DNA of 64,000 nucleotides from positions 16,430,001 to 16,494,000 of the forward strand of contig CM022673.1 of the NCBI GenBank assembly GCA_012295275.1. The letters are read 5' to 3'. Origin of the DNA: Chrysomallon squamiferum. Lineage: Eukaryota; Animalia; Mollusca. Positions 28,830 through 41,800 of this stretch are shown here, piece by piece. The position numbers and the translations under genes were made by a program. Each line of letters starts with the position of its first letter. The first letter of the stretch is position 1. The notes under the pieces are model-generated. The model made no database searches. It saw nothing but the letters and a program-made list of their open reading frames with translations, and was not told the DNA's origin.

Positions 28830-31800
28830 TAGAGAACAAGATGCTGATGAATCTGTGATACAACACTTTTTTACGTAATTTATTTTTATATTAGTATATT
28901 CTTTGTCAGTATAATCTGTGAATATAACTTCAATAATAGGATAACAGTATTGTACTTACATAATCAAAATAGTAAAACTGAGGCATTGCATGAAACATTT
29001 ACAAATAAAAGGAAAGTTATTATTGTCACTGTTTTTTCCTTCATTTTAAAAAAGATATTCTTGTCACTGAGTTTTTCCGTCAGCCATCTGCCATGCTGCA
29101 TGTTGTCAGTCCTGGTTATTTGGGTAAGTTCTTGATTTTTCAGATTGCTTAATATTTTGAAATATATCACCCCACTAAACTCTATACTTATATCAGGTAT
29201 CTTCTTAGGCTTAACATATCTTATATTGTTTGTCAATAATTAAATCAATTAATTTATTTTTGAATAATTAGACAATCTTAATTCCTTTATAGATTAATTA
29301 GAAATGACACAGCATTATTAATTATTTTGTTTTTAATTTATTTTAGAAGCAAGTTCGACATTGGATTTTGACTTGTTAATATTTCAAATAATCTTTAATC
29401 CAAGTAAAATCTTTTACTTTCATCACTAAGTAAATAAAACAGATAAATGTCTCATGTATTTTTATCCAATGTCTACTATTATGTACCTTTTTTATTTTAT
29501 TTTATTTTCAAATGAAAGTTTCTGAACTACCTTAAAAATATTTTCAGGTTTTGTTGTTCTGCCTACAAGAAAGTGGATTTTGGAGACTGGACGGTTTTAT
29601 GAAGTACTTATTGATGTGTATGATAAAGAAAGCCACAAGATATTTCCTTCTGATGTAAGTTTCTACCAAAATTTTATCATTTGATATATTTTATTTGCAA
29701 ATATTTTGGAAATGGAAAATTAAATTCTTAATTTGTTACACTGTCTCTTTCAGAATGTTAGAATCACAACAAACTTTGTGACGTCATATTTTAGAGTTTT
29801 GTATTCAAGTCACAATGGAACCTACCATCGAGTGCAGACAATTCGGAGTGGATACACTGACATTGACGGAGAACTGACCTCTGTAGTCAGACAGGTGGGA
29901 TAATTAATATCAAATTTGTCTTTAATAGTTTATTTTGTAACTCATAAAATTCATTTTTGTTGCATTTATGCTTTGACTGAAAAGTCTTGAAAATGTGGAG
30001 TTGTCTTGACAAATTGTGTTGTTAATTTGAAAAGTTATGGGAACACTGATGATTGTTTCAATATACAGCATGGAAGAAAAAAAGAAGAGGAGCTTAGATA
30101 TTTGTAAGATAGACATAACAGACCAGTGAAAAAAGATCATTGTTGTCATCATGAGTTGATTGCCTTGAATTTTAACCAAGCCACAGCTAACAGTTATATT
30201 TTTTGTTTACTTCATTACTTGTTGCATCCCAAATTTCTGCTATTGACAAATATATATTTTTTTAATTCCTAAATTATGTTATTACACATTTATCATTAAT
30301 ATTTCTGAATAGTTGAGCAAATTAATTTTGTTATTTGCTTTCTGTGAAGCAATTTCACAGAACACCAGCAAGTTATCATATTTATAAATCTTGTACAGCT
30401 TTGTAATCAAAACACTGCCAGGAATGTGCCCTGCATTCAATTAATCAATTAATTTATTTTTATTTTTAAGGATGGATCAAATTTTGAGATATTTCCAAAA
30501 ATTAAAGGCAGCCAGGAAGTTGAAATCTATGATCCGATTACAGTAACACCATCAGAGATTTTCTTTCCTTGGGATCCAGCAACACAGTGTAAACATGAGT
30601 ATAAAATAAAGGTAAGCTTCTTTATCCCATGTTTTTAATTTGTGCATCTTGTCATGAAGGCATGAGTAAAATTAGTATCAAAGAGAAGTTTTTGGTCCAA
30701 AAAAACAAAACAAGCAACAAAACTGATTGAAAAACAAATCTGCTTATCATCTGTCAAAACGTGCGAAAAACCATTGCAGTATTAGGATTATTGGTCATAT
30801 GTTCTGTTTGTTTAAAATATTTATGGAAGTGTAAGTTCTGTTATTTGTAGAACAGTACTAAATACAGGTACAAGACGAGAATTTTCTCTTTCTGTGTGAG
30901 TATATATATATATAAATAACAGAAGAACATCTTTTCTTAAACTTGCATATAAAGAAATAAAACAAATTAACATATTAAAAATGATATTTGTTTATATTCA
31001 GGCCAAAGGAGCCAGTGGGGAGTACATTTGGAGTTCAGCAGATCATTCAGTCACTAAAGTGAACACAAGAGGAGAAGCTGTTACAACTGGTCCTGGATCT
31101 ACAGAAATCACTGCTGCCGATGCTAAGAATTCAGCCCACATAGGAACAGCCACAGTAAGTTATTTAAATCTATCTTTCTTAATTTTTTTCTCTCTTCAAT
31201 ATTTGGTTGTTTTTTTTTTACATTTAAAAAGACCACACATATGCACACTGGCCTTAGATCATAATAATTAATTTGTCTAAAAACATCAGTGTATAAATGG
31301 AGAAGTAAATGTTCACAAGTAAGTACATGCTTTATTTTTCATTTCTGTAAAGATCTTTCTCCCTAATACAACCCCCTACAAACGCATGCATGCACGCATG
31401 CACACACACACACACACAATGAAATAAATTAATAGAAAAAAGAACATTTCTATATAATACATTTAAGATCCTTTTTTATATTTTCTGATGTCTTAAAAAT
31501 GATTCTGTTAAATGTTTCAGGTTCATGTACTTCCACCCCATGATATGGTTTTTCCACCTTGTAAAGTTGAGGCAGCCATTGGCAAAATTCTTAGTGTGCC
31601 CCTACAGGTATCAGCACTTTATCGAGGTAAGACATCTAGAGTCTCATGTTAAAGTTGCTTTATCACGATATAACATCTCTGGTATGAGCAATTTATCGAG
31701 GTATAATGTTATATGTCAGTGTGATCACTGATGCACTTTTTGGAATGTATGTTTTTATCATCATCAGAAATGTAGAGTGTAGATATTTATTTTGATATTT

Positions 31801-34800
31801 AAATTCTTGATCTGTAAATGCTGCACTGTTTAGCTGTTATTAGTGTGGTTTGTATTCTGACAATAGGAACACACACATGCATGAGCACACACACGCACAC
31901 ACAGAAACACACACAAACAAACAAACAAACAAACAATAATGTTTATTATTTGCAGATAAGAAATACAATTTCCACGACTGTCGCAGCTTGCCAGTCAACA
32001 TTTCATTCACTGACAATCAGATATTTGAACAAGTTGATGGTAAGTTTTTCTTTCTTAAACAAGAAATCAAATACAGCTCTTTGAGTGCCATTTGTACCTT
32101 TTTCCATTGTCTTGTCATTATTTACATTTTTCTGCAAGCTAATTTTAAAATATTTGCAACTTTTATTCCATTCACTTTGATATTCTTTATTATTTTTAGT
32201 TTAATTTATTTATTATACAGTTTGGAAAAAAAAAAAAAAAAAAAAAATTTAATCATCTCATTACAAAATCATTTATTATCTATTATAGATTGTCTAGTAT
32301 GGCCATTAAATAAATATTCCTTTGTTGTTAACAGGTACATCACAGTTAGAGAGTGATGGCTGCAAGACACTTAATTTTAGAGCATTACACCAGGGTCACA
32401 CACGGGTCACTGTTAAATACACCAGAGGGAAGATAACTTTGATGGCATCAGTAACAATAGCTGCTTACAATCCACTCAAAGTGAGTTCACTGTTTCTTTC
32501 CCTATATTCTGTTGTTGTTTTTTTTCAATTATCATAAAATTACATTTACTCTTCTATGAAAAAAACAACAACAAAAAAATCTAATAATATTTTGTTTACT
32601 ATTCACATGATTCCTCCTTTGCAAGATTATGCTAAAACATTTGATTGAAGCATTTTTTGTACAATTGTTTACATTTCTTGCTTGTGTTTCATTTATTCAA
32701 ATAATATAGACAAATCTCCCTTTTTTTTTTTTTTTTGAGTGTTATTGCTTGTAAAATTTATGATGACGTTTCTTCCAATAAAATAAAATGTATGTGCACA
32801 CATCTATATTTAAATTAATATTTATTTCTTCAGCCTGTGGACCCAGAGAAGGAGACAGTGATTGCTATTGCATCATCAAGAGAAGTGTTATTTAAGGGAG
32901 GACCACAGCCCTGGATTCTTGACTCATCCAAATATTTTCAGTCTAGTAAGAAAAATTAAACATTGGACACTTTATTAAGCCATGTCTGTGCATTGATGTT
33001 AGAACTGGTAATGACTTTTATTGCATTTAGAATCACCAAAATATGTTCGTTTTATTTTGTTTTTCATTTTTTGCATCTACAGTTGTATTTAGGATAAACA
33101 AAATATTTTCTCATTTTTTGTTTTTTCATTTTTAGTGGCTTCACTTGTAATTAGAATAAACAAAATATATATATATATTTTTTTTTTTCATTTTTAGTGA
33201 CTGCTGAAAAATCAGTCCTCCTCAAAATAATCAAAGTAACTTCAGGCACTGCCAGCAGTAAGTATGTTTTATTTTAATATTACAGACACAACTATAAAGT
33301 ATAACAATTTTTGTTTTGTTAAACTTTAATTGGTTTTATAAATACACATTTTGACATAACTTATTAAACTTATTTCTTTCTCGTGACATCTTAAAATTAA
33401 AAATTTAATATTTTATAATGTGTTTTTTTTTCTTGTTAATATCAAAATTTTATCCTTTAAAATACTTTATTTTTAGCATAATTGTAAAAATACATTTTTA
33501 CTTTGAATTTTGATTTTTGTTTTTCAGGAGGAGTCCATGCCTTCACTGTTTTCTGCAAGGATTTTGGTGAACAGGTATAAGTAAAATTTATAAAACAGTA
33601 GCATATATTAAAAATATTTGTGGCAATATAAACAAAATAACTAATTTTATTTAGTATACTTCAAGTAATTATTTTGTTTCTTGTTAAAGTAAGCATGTGT
33701 TTTTTCAGTCAAATTACTTAAATACATTTTTTCTACTTTGACTGGGGTTTTTTTAAAATTATATAATAGAATACCCATCTGTAATAATAATTTTAAAAAA
33801 GTGTTAAGTAAATAAAGTAAAAATCCTAATGAAACAATTTTTGTAATTATTAATTGATCTTTAATATTGTATTGGTTTGGAACAAACATTTGTAGCATTT
33901 TTCAGCAGATGGCATTGTGATTTTGTTTTACAGAAATATAATGACATATATATACATATTTTGAAAGGCAAATAAAGCAGCACATATGTGGTGAATAAAT
34001 CTGTACAGCTATCTAAATATTGTCTTTGAATTGCACTTAAAAATGCAATGAACTTTGTGCCAACTCAGTAATTTAATTTCAAACAGATTAATGTTACTGA
34101 TATTAATTGTGTGTTTATATATTCAGAGAATCACTGTGACTGTTGGTAATGGCAAAACGGCCAAGAACCAGTTCCCAGAATCAGAAGAAAGTAGTATTCG
34201 GTAATTATCTCATACAAATTTCCATCTTCATGGATCAGTTATTTGACATTATTTCCAAATCACAAATTTGTTTCAGCATTTTGTTAATTCATTTTTTGGC
34301 CTGGCAGAATATCAGAACAGATCAGAATATTTGTTTGTAAGTAGAGTTTATCACAAAAATAACATTACACTTTTGTAACAGTAGATTGGTTAATTAATAA
34401 TGCATGGAACATATTTTTTTTTAGGTTTTTTTTTAGAGCTATATATTCATTAATTAAATGTTAAAATGATAATTGTATCTGTGTTACGTTACTAATTATG
34501 TGTTATAGGTTTGTATGTGCTAAGCCAGTTGAGCTACATCTCCAGCCAGTGATACATCCTGATGCATCACTACCACCCTGTCCAATCACCCAGGAGTCGC
34601 ACATTCCTGTAAGTTTATTTATTATTTGTTTTCTTTTGTTTGTGAAATTTTATATTCCTTTATAGATTTGCCTTTTATTTTTTTTAATGTTCTTTTCTCA
34701 GTTTATTTTAATGTGGCCTGTGGTCAGAAGATACATACTCCAAAATGCTCCGAAATATTAAAGTTTATTAAAGGCTTTAGTAACTACTACCAATCTAAAA

Positions 34801-37800
34801 CAAAGTCAGTACCCAAATATTCCTTCCTGACAGCATTCAAGTGTAATCTGTGGAGAGGGAAAGTGGGTTTGTAATTTCATCTCTATGATATAAAAAATGT
34901 AACCCTCTCCAGAAAATGTGTTCAGGTGTTGTTAAAAAAATTAATTCTTACAAACAATAAACTCATATATTTGAGAAAGGTTTTTGTTGTTTTCTTTTTT
35001 CTTTTTAATAGCTTGATGTGCCTTGGTTGTCTTGATTTACTAGTCTTTTATTTATTTAAGATCATAATATCAAAAGTATAATTTAAGAAATAACAAACAG
35101 AGTACATCCTGATGACCAGTAAATATCTGAATCTGTAATTTCCAAGTGTTCAGTGTTTCCTGCTGGTTTATTAAAAACCAATGTGTGTGCAGTTATGTCT
35201 GTACTTTGATGATTATACAGGATCTCTTGGTGAAATTATCTTAAGCTATACTCATTATATAGATTTCTTTTCTCATATTGTCAAATAATATTGAGGAAAT
35301 AATATTTAATTTCAGATTCCCATTCTGTTTAACAAAGAGAGAGAGATTCAGGTGATTGTTACTGACAGCAGTGGGCGGAGGTTTGACAACATATCGTCAT
35401 TAGCGATAGAGTGGAGAATCTCAGACACTGCTCTTGCCTCTATCCCTGACCCTGACAATTTGCAGACAGACATCATGACAACAGCCGATGGAAGGAGAAT
35501 TTTTACATGTAAGTGATAAACAGAAGAAATATCTGTGTGTATTTGTGCATCCATCCATACATATTTAAGTTAATCATTTATAAATGATTTCATTTCTTTA
35601 TTGTTTTATTTGCTTCATATATTTGTTTAAGTGTTTATTTTAATTCTCTTGTTAACAGTTATTAAGATGTTACACTGTATATTTCTATGTGTATTTTTCT
35701 TTATACATATTTTTAAATGTTTGTTTATTATTTACAGTATACCAAATATTGGTTCCTAAAAGTAAGATAGGAACATTATTGATAACAGCTACAATAAACA
35801 GTTACAAACAGCGTAGTTTGAAGAAGGCTGGCAGCAGTATAGAGGTATACATCATTACTTATTAAAAACATTTTTTGGTATAACGCACAAATAAAAATCC
35901 ATCTGTACATATTTAAAACAATTTTTCTTACTGGCCACAACCAAATACAATCTTGTATATAAACAAATTTAAGTAATAAATGAATTGGTGTTTGCATTAT
36001 TATTATTATTGTTTTTTTATTAAGATATTTTTTAATATATTAGTATCAAATACTTAATTTAAATTTTAATTATAGTAAATTAAATTCAAATGAATTTTCT
36101 TACAGGCAAACATTGCTCCGTCCATTAGCAAGGCATTGGAACTTCTGTTAGTTGATCAGGCTACTATAGAGCCAAATGCAATCTCTGTTTTTAACCATCC
36201 ATCAAACAAGGTAAAGAATATTTATCTATATTTTCAATGCATTTAATGTCTTTGGTCTTATACAGAAAATAGAATCTCTTCATTTTTTAATATATATGTA
36301 TTTTTTTAACAGTTTAAAAAATTTTGAACATTATTGCCAATTTTAATTGTTATTATTTCAACACTTTTCTATATAATATATAACAATTTATTTTTTTTTG
36401 GTTGTTTTTTTCTTTCTTTCCCTCCCCTCTCCCTTTCATTATCTGTCAGTCAACCAGTCAGTCTATCTATCTGTCCATCCATCCATCCATCCAAATATCT
36501 CTACACAGCTGAAACTTATACAGTATAAAGTCGTATTTACCTTTTCTTGCAGGTTCACATGGATGTAAATCATGGGTCTGGATACTTCTACATAAAAGAT
36601 TTTCAAACTCAGACTCTCAATGTCAGATACGATGTCAAGACTAAATCAATCACAGTGCGTGCTATTATTTTTTATAAAATTAGAATGATCAAAATAAAAC
36701 AAGTAAAGTATTGTTAATGAAAAACAGTTAAAGTTAACAGATTGATTTTTCTTTCTTTCTGAACAAATATTTTAAAATAAAAGTAATTATACTGATCTGT
36801 TGTTTTTTTGAAGTTTTCTGATAATTAAAAGCAGGTTATAAAAATTCTGATTTTATAAATAATTGGTGTCATGTTAAAATTAATTGAAATATGGATATTA
36901 TTGTGCATTTTTCATGGCTGGTTTTAAGATTTTTCAATGTAATTATTTTATTTTTATAGTATGTAGATATACTTGTTTATCTTTGCATCTTTGTGCCTGT
37001 GTGTGTGTTATATATGTATATATGTAATTTTGAATATGTGGTCAAAATTTAAAATTACTTTTATTATGGTCACTGCATTACTTTTAATCAGAATTCCCCT
37101 TAAATGTGCATTTTGGAATTTAGTTGCCTGGTAATCAGTATTAAAATCTAAAGTTTAATACATTTCAGATTCAGCCACAGAAGGATGGTTCTCACAGCTT
37201 CACGCTGTTTGATTTGTGTTTAGATATACATGACCATCCTGTAGCCACAGTGCACATTGCTGGTGTGGGCAGTATTCAAGTTGTAACACTGGACAAGGTA
37301 TATTTACAGCATTTATAAATATTAGTATTATGATGATGAAAATCATTATTATTATTATCATTAGTAGTAGTAGTAGTAGTAGTAGTAGTGGCAGCAGTAG
37401 TAGTTGTATTGTATGATTATTGTTACAGGCAATACATTTGTTATTATTGTAAGTATCATAATCATTACTACTATTACTATTACTGATAATTTTATTATCG
37501 TCGTCATTATAATTATTATGTAGGTGCATACAAAATTAAATTTAAAATTGTTTTGGATTGACTTTTTATGAATTCAGAGTATATTGTTGTACTTAATCAT
37601 TTTCTTGCTAAATATGATATCAATACTCATCTTGGATAACATATGAGAAGCAGTACAAAAGTCATCATTTTTCAATAGTGTTACCTGTGCCATGAAAAAA
37701 TATGTTATTGATATATCCAATGAAAGTCTCAATATTACATAAAATCAATGTAGTTTATGTGTCATAGAAAGACTGCTGATGTTTCATTTGAAAGCATTCA

Positions 37801-38847
37801 GTAATTTTAGCTTGTATCCAAAAACATACACAAACTTTCATTATATTCATTATGGACATCAACTGGAAGAAGAAAATGGCTTACTAGAAATTTCAGGTGT
37901 GAATTGTTCTAAATTAATTTTAATAAATTTAAAAAAAAAGGTTTGTTTTTCTTAATATTTTAATTTTTAAAAAACAAAACAATATAATTTTAAAAAAATT
38001 GATTAGAATTAATTCTGGTTTGAAACTGATTCAGTAATTAGCTGTAAAATTAATTATTATTTTCACATATGTAGGTGGAAGTACAGAAGGAGCTATCAGT
38101 ACAGGTACAAGTCCTTGACATCCATGGAAACAAACTTCTCTCAAGTTTGTTTTCTCTGATGAACCTCAGACTTGAACCTGCCTCAAACATAGTTACTCTG
38201 AAGTAAGTTTATAATTAATTGATAATAAAAAAAATAGTATTATCACTTACCTGTGTTTATTATTTGGACAAGTTTTAATGTTTTTGCATAATGTATTATT
38301 AATAAATAAAGTGTATAAAACAAAATCCATCTGTGTCAAATTTTCTGAGAGGTTAACCAAAGATTACATTAAATTTAAACAATCTAGTTTGTGTGTATTT
38401 AATTTTTCTAAAATAAAATATTTCAGGCCAGTAACAGGAATGAAAGATGATAAAGTGACCGCTCTTTACACCCTGCGTGGTGTTGCTGTTGGTCACACCA
38501 CACTCACTGCTATGGCCAAACTGCCAGATGGAAAAGTTATCTACAGTTCACCAACACCAGTCGAAGTAAGTGTGCTTTTATAACGACTTCAAGGTTTAAA
38601 TTATTTCTGGAGTGATAAATAGCAAACAAATTATAAGTTTGCAATTCTATGTATTAAACACATACCTAAATTTGGAATTTTATACAATGATAGGAATTTG
38701 TTTAATTTTTGTTTGAATGGGGGTTTTCTTTCAAGAAATATTTAAAATGTATTTATGAGGTTAATACATTTAAAAAGATTTTCCATAAGTTTGTGGCAGT
38801 GTTTTTTAGTCTGAACTGTCAATAATTGTTTTAAAAAACTTAAAACA

Positions 38848-38885
<38 letters not shown>

Positions 38886-41800
38886 TAAAAAATTAAAAAA
38901 GGTCATTAGATGGCAGTTTTGCAGAATCAATCCTGTAATCTGCTATTTTTGAAGTTACTGTTAATAATATTCAGTGTTAATGCTACATCTGTATTCCAGG
39001 TTTTTCCTCCTCTGAGATTGGATCCTCAAAATATCACTCTCATCATTGGTGCTAAATTTCAAGTAAGTTGATTATTGTGTAATTTTGTTTTCTTATTATG
39101 AGAAATGATGTAATCATTTTGTTTTAAAAATGTTTTCTTAATTAATAGATTTAATTTCCTGAAAAATATTGATACATAATTTTTGGTAATCTGTTAAAAA
39201 ATAGTTTTGTAAACTTTTTCTTAGACAACTGTGGAAGTGTTAACATGGCTATGTAAGATGTTTTAACAAGTTAACCTTGTACTTTTTAAAACTATTTAGA
39301 ATAAATGTGTTATTATTATTTATAGAAATTTTGTATTAAGGAACTTGTTTATGAATACATATTTAAAGAAATCCTGATATTTATAATATTACATGTTGAG
39401 AATTTCTAATACAGAATACTTGGGATGGAAGTGTTTCACATTTTGGAATATAAGTAGATAGTCTGAAAATAGCATCTAAATCAAAATAGCATTTTCCTTT
39501 ACAGATTGTAGAAATAATTGTAAGAATTGTTGTTTTGTATGTAATATTTTAATTAAAAATTTTAATGTAAAATTGTTTGTGAAACAGTCTGAAAACTAAC
39601 CCATTATTATTTTTGCAGCTGAGAAAAAGTTACAGATTTCAGAATTTTGGATGAATGGTCATCACTGTAACATTTACAATGAGTAAAAAACATGGCATTT
39701 TCTTCTAATATTCAAAGATGAAACTTTGCTATTAACAATCATACACTTTAACTGAATAAAATCAAACAGTCTTTTATTTGCAGCTCCATCATATCCATGA
39801 AATTCTATGCCAAGTCATTTTATACACAATGATATCATTGCCAACAATGGCGCCTAACATAAAAACAGTCATATATTACCCACAAATGAAAAGAATAATA
39901 AATTAATTTCAACTTTACATTGTTCAGATTTTAGCTGCAGGTGGGCCACAACCTCAGAGTACTGTAGAGTTCACTATTGAGAATTCAAAGACCTGTTCTG
40001 TGGCATCAAATGGTCTGCTTGAAGCACTGGCTCTTGGGAAAACCAATGTGACTGGAAAAGCAGTTGGTACTGACCCACTGACAGGACAGTTGGTGGTATA
40101 CTCTCAGGTTTGTCTTGTTTTATGTATCTATCCTTGAAAAAATACTGGATTTTAGAATTAGATTAATCTTTATCTAACAGCCATATAGTCTCAAAAAATG
40201 TGATGTATCACACAGATTAATTAGTGAAGTTTTTTCTTAAAATATTTTCTTAGAAAATGGATTAATTAGATAATATAATGTGTGTATATTGTTTTATTCA
40301 ATACATGTTAATTATTTGTTATGAAATATGTATTGGCTATAACTCATTGTTAATCATATATGTAATATACTTTGTGGATTCTATTTCCAGGATGTAGCCA
40401 TTATAAATGTTGTACCTTTGAAAGGTATTAGAATATATGCACCTTTAACTCGACTGCAGACTGGAACTAAGGTAAAATCAGATCAATTATTTTGTTTTAT
40501 CTTCTTAATTTACAGTGTTTTTGAAAACTTTATTTTATAATAAATGTTTTAAACATTAAGAAAAATGTTAGGATATATTTATAAAATGGTAATAAAATTG
40601 TTATTATGATGATGATTATGATTATGACAATAAAATAAAGATTATCATCATCAACATCATCATCATCACCATCATCATTATTATTATAATAATTATTATT
40701 AGGTTTATGATTACATTTATTGTTATTAATACTGTTATTACTATTGTACAGATGCCAGTATATGCAGTGGGGATTAGTGAACAGGAGACTCCATTTTCAT
40801 TTGGTAGTGCAGTTCCTCCTCTGAGTTTTACTTGGTCCCTGAATAGCCATGAAATTGTTTCACTGAAACCAGTGTATCACAAGGTCAGTGTTCAAATTGA
40901 TTATTTAACATGTATAAGAATCTTCACATTATTTGATAATTTATGACTTGTTTTGACATCCTTTATGTAAATTATCACTCTTGTTTTTATTATATGTAAT
41001 TTCTTAAGCTAATTCAGTATATTTTATAAGAAAGAAGATATTAACATTTAGATTGCAGCAGTTATTTTGATATATATTTTTTTAAATAAAGACAGAATCA
41101 GTTGTCATTCTGTTTTTTTTTTGTTATTTCAGAGTGGAGTAAGTTTTTTTTAAAATTGTTATTTCATGGTGGAATCAGGTTTTTTTTTAAATTGTTATTT
41201 CATGGTGGACTGCAATTGTATTTTTTAGAGTGGAGTGCAGTTGTCAGCAGAGAGTGATTTTTCACGACAGTTGTTTGCTGTCAACTCTGGTCAGGTGGTG
41301 TTGAAGCTAGAGGTGAAACCTGGCATGGGAAGTAAAATACAGATACCAGGAACTCTAAGAGATGAAATCCGGATACAGGTTTTTACACTTTCACATTTGT
41401 TCATGTGTGTAAATAATACAAAATTTCATCTTTGGAGAAGAATTTAGAGTGAGTTTATGAGCAAGTGTATTTGTTGTCACAATATGTTTTCATTCATCAT
41501 ACACTTATGGGTGTGCATATGTGCATGAGTGTATGTGGGTTTGTGGGAATGTTTGCATGTATGTGTGGCAGTGTGTACAGACTTGCTTTTGTAGACTTTT
41601 TTTAATATGAACTTGTCACAAGTTACAGTAGTTTTAGTTATTTTATTTTTCTTCAGAGATAATTACTTTTTGTTTGTTTAGGTATTTGACAAGTTGAAGA
41701 TGCTGAGTCCCAGAGTTTGTGATGGTCAGATTCTTGTTACACCAAACACAGAAACATTCATTAGGACAAACAGGTAGGTGATTTTTTTTTTTTACATTTA

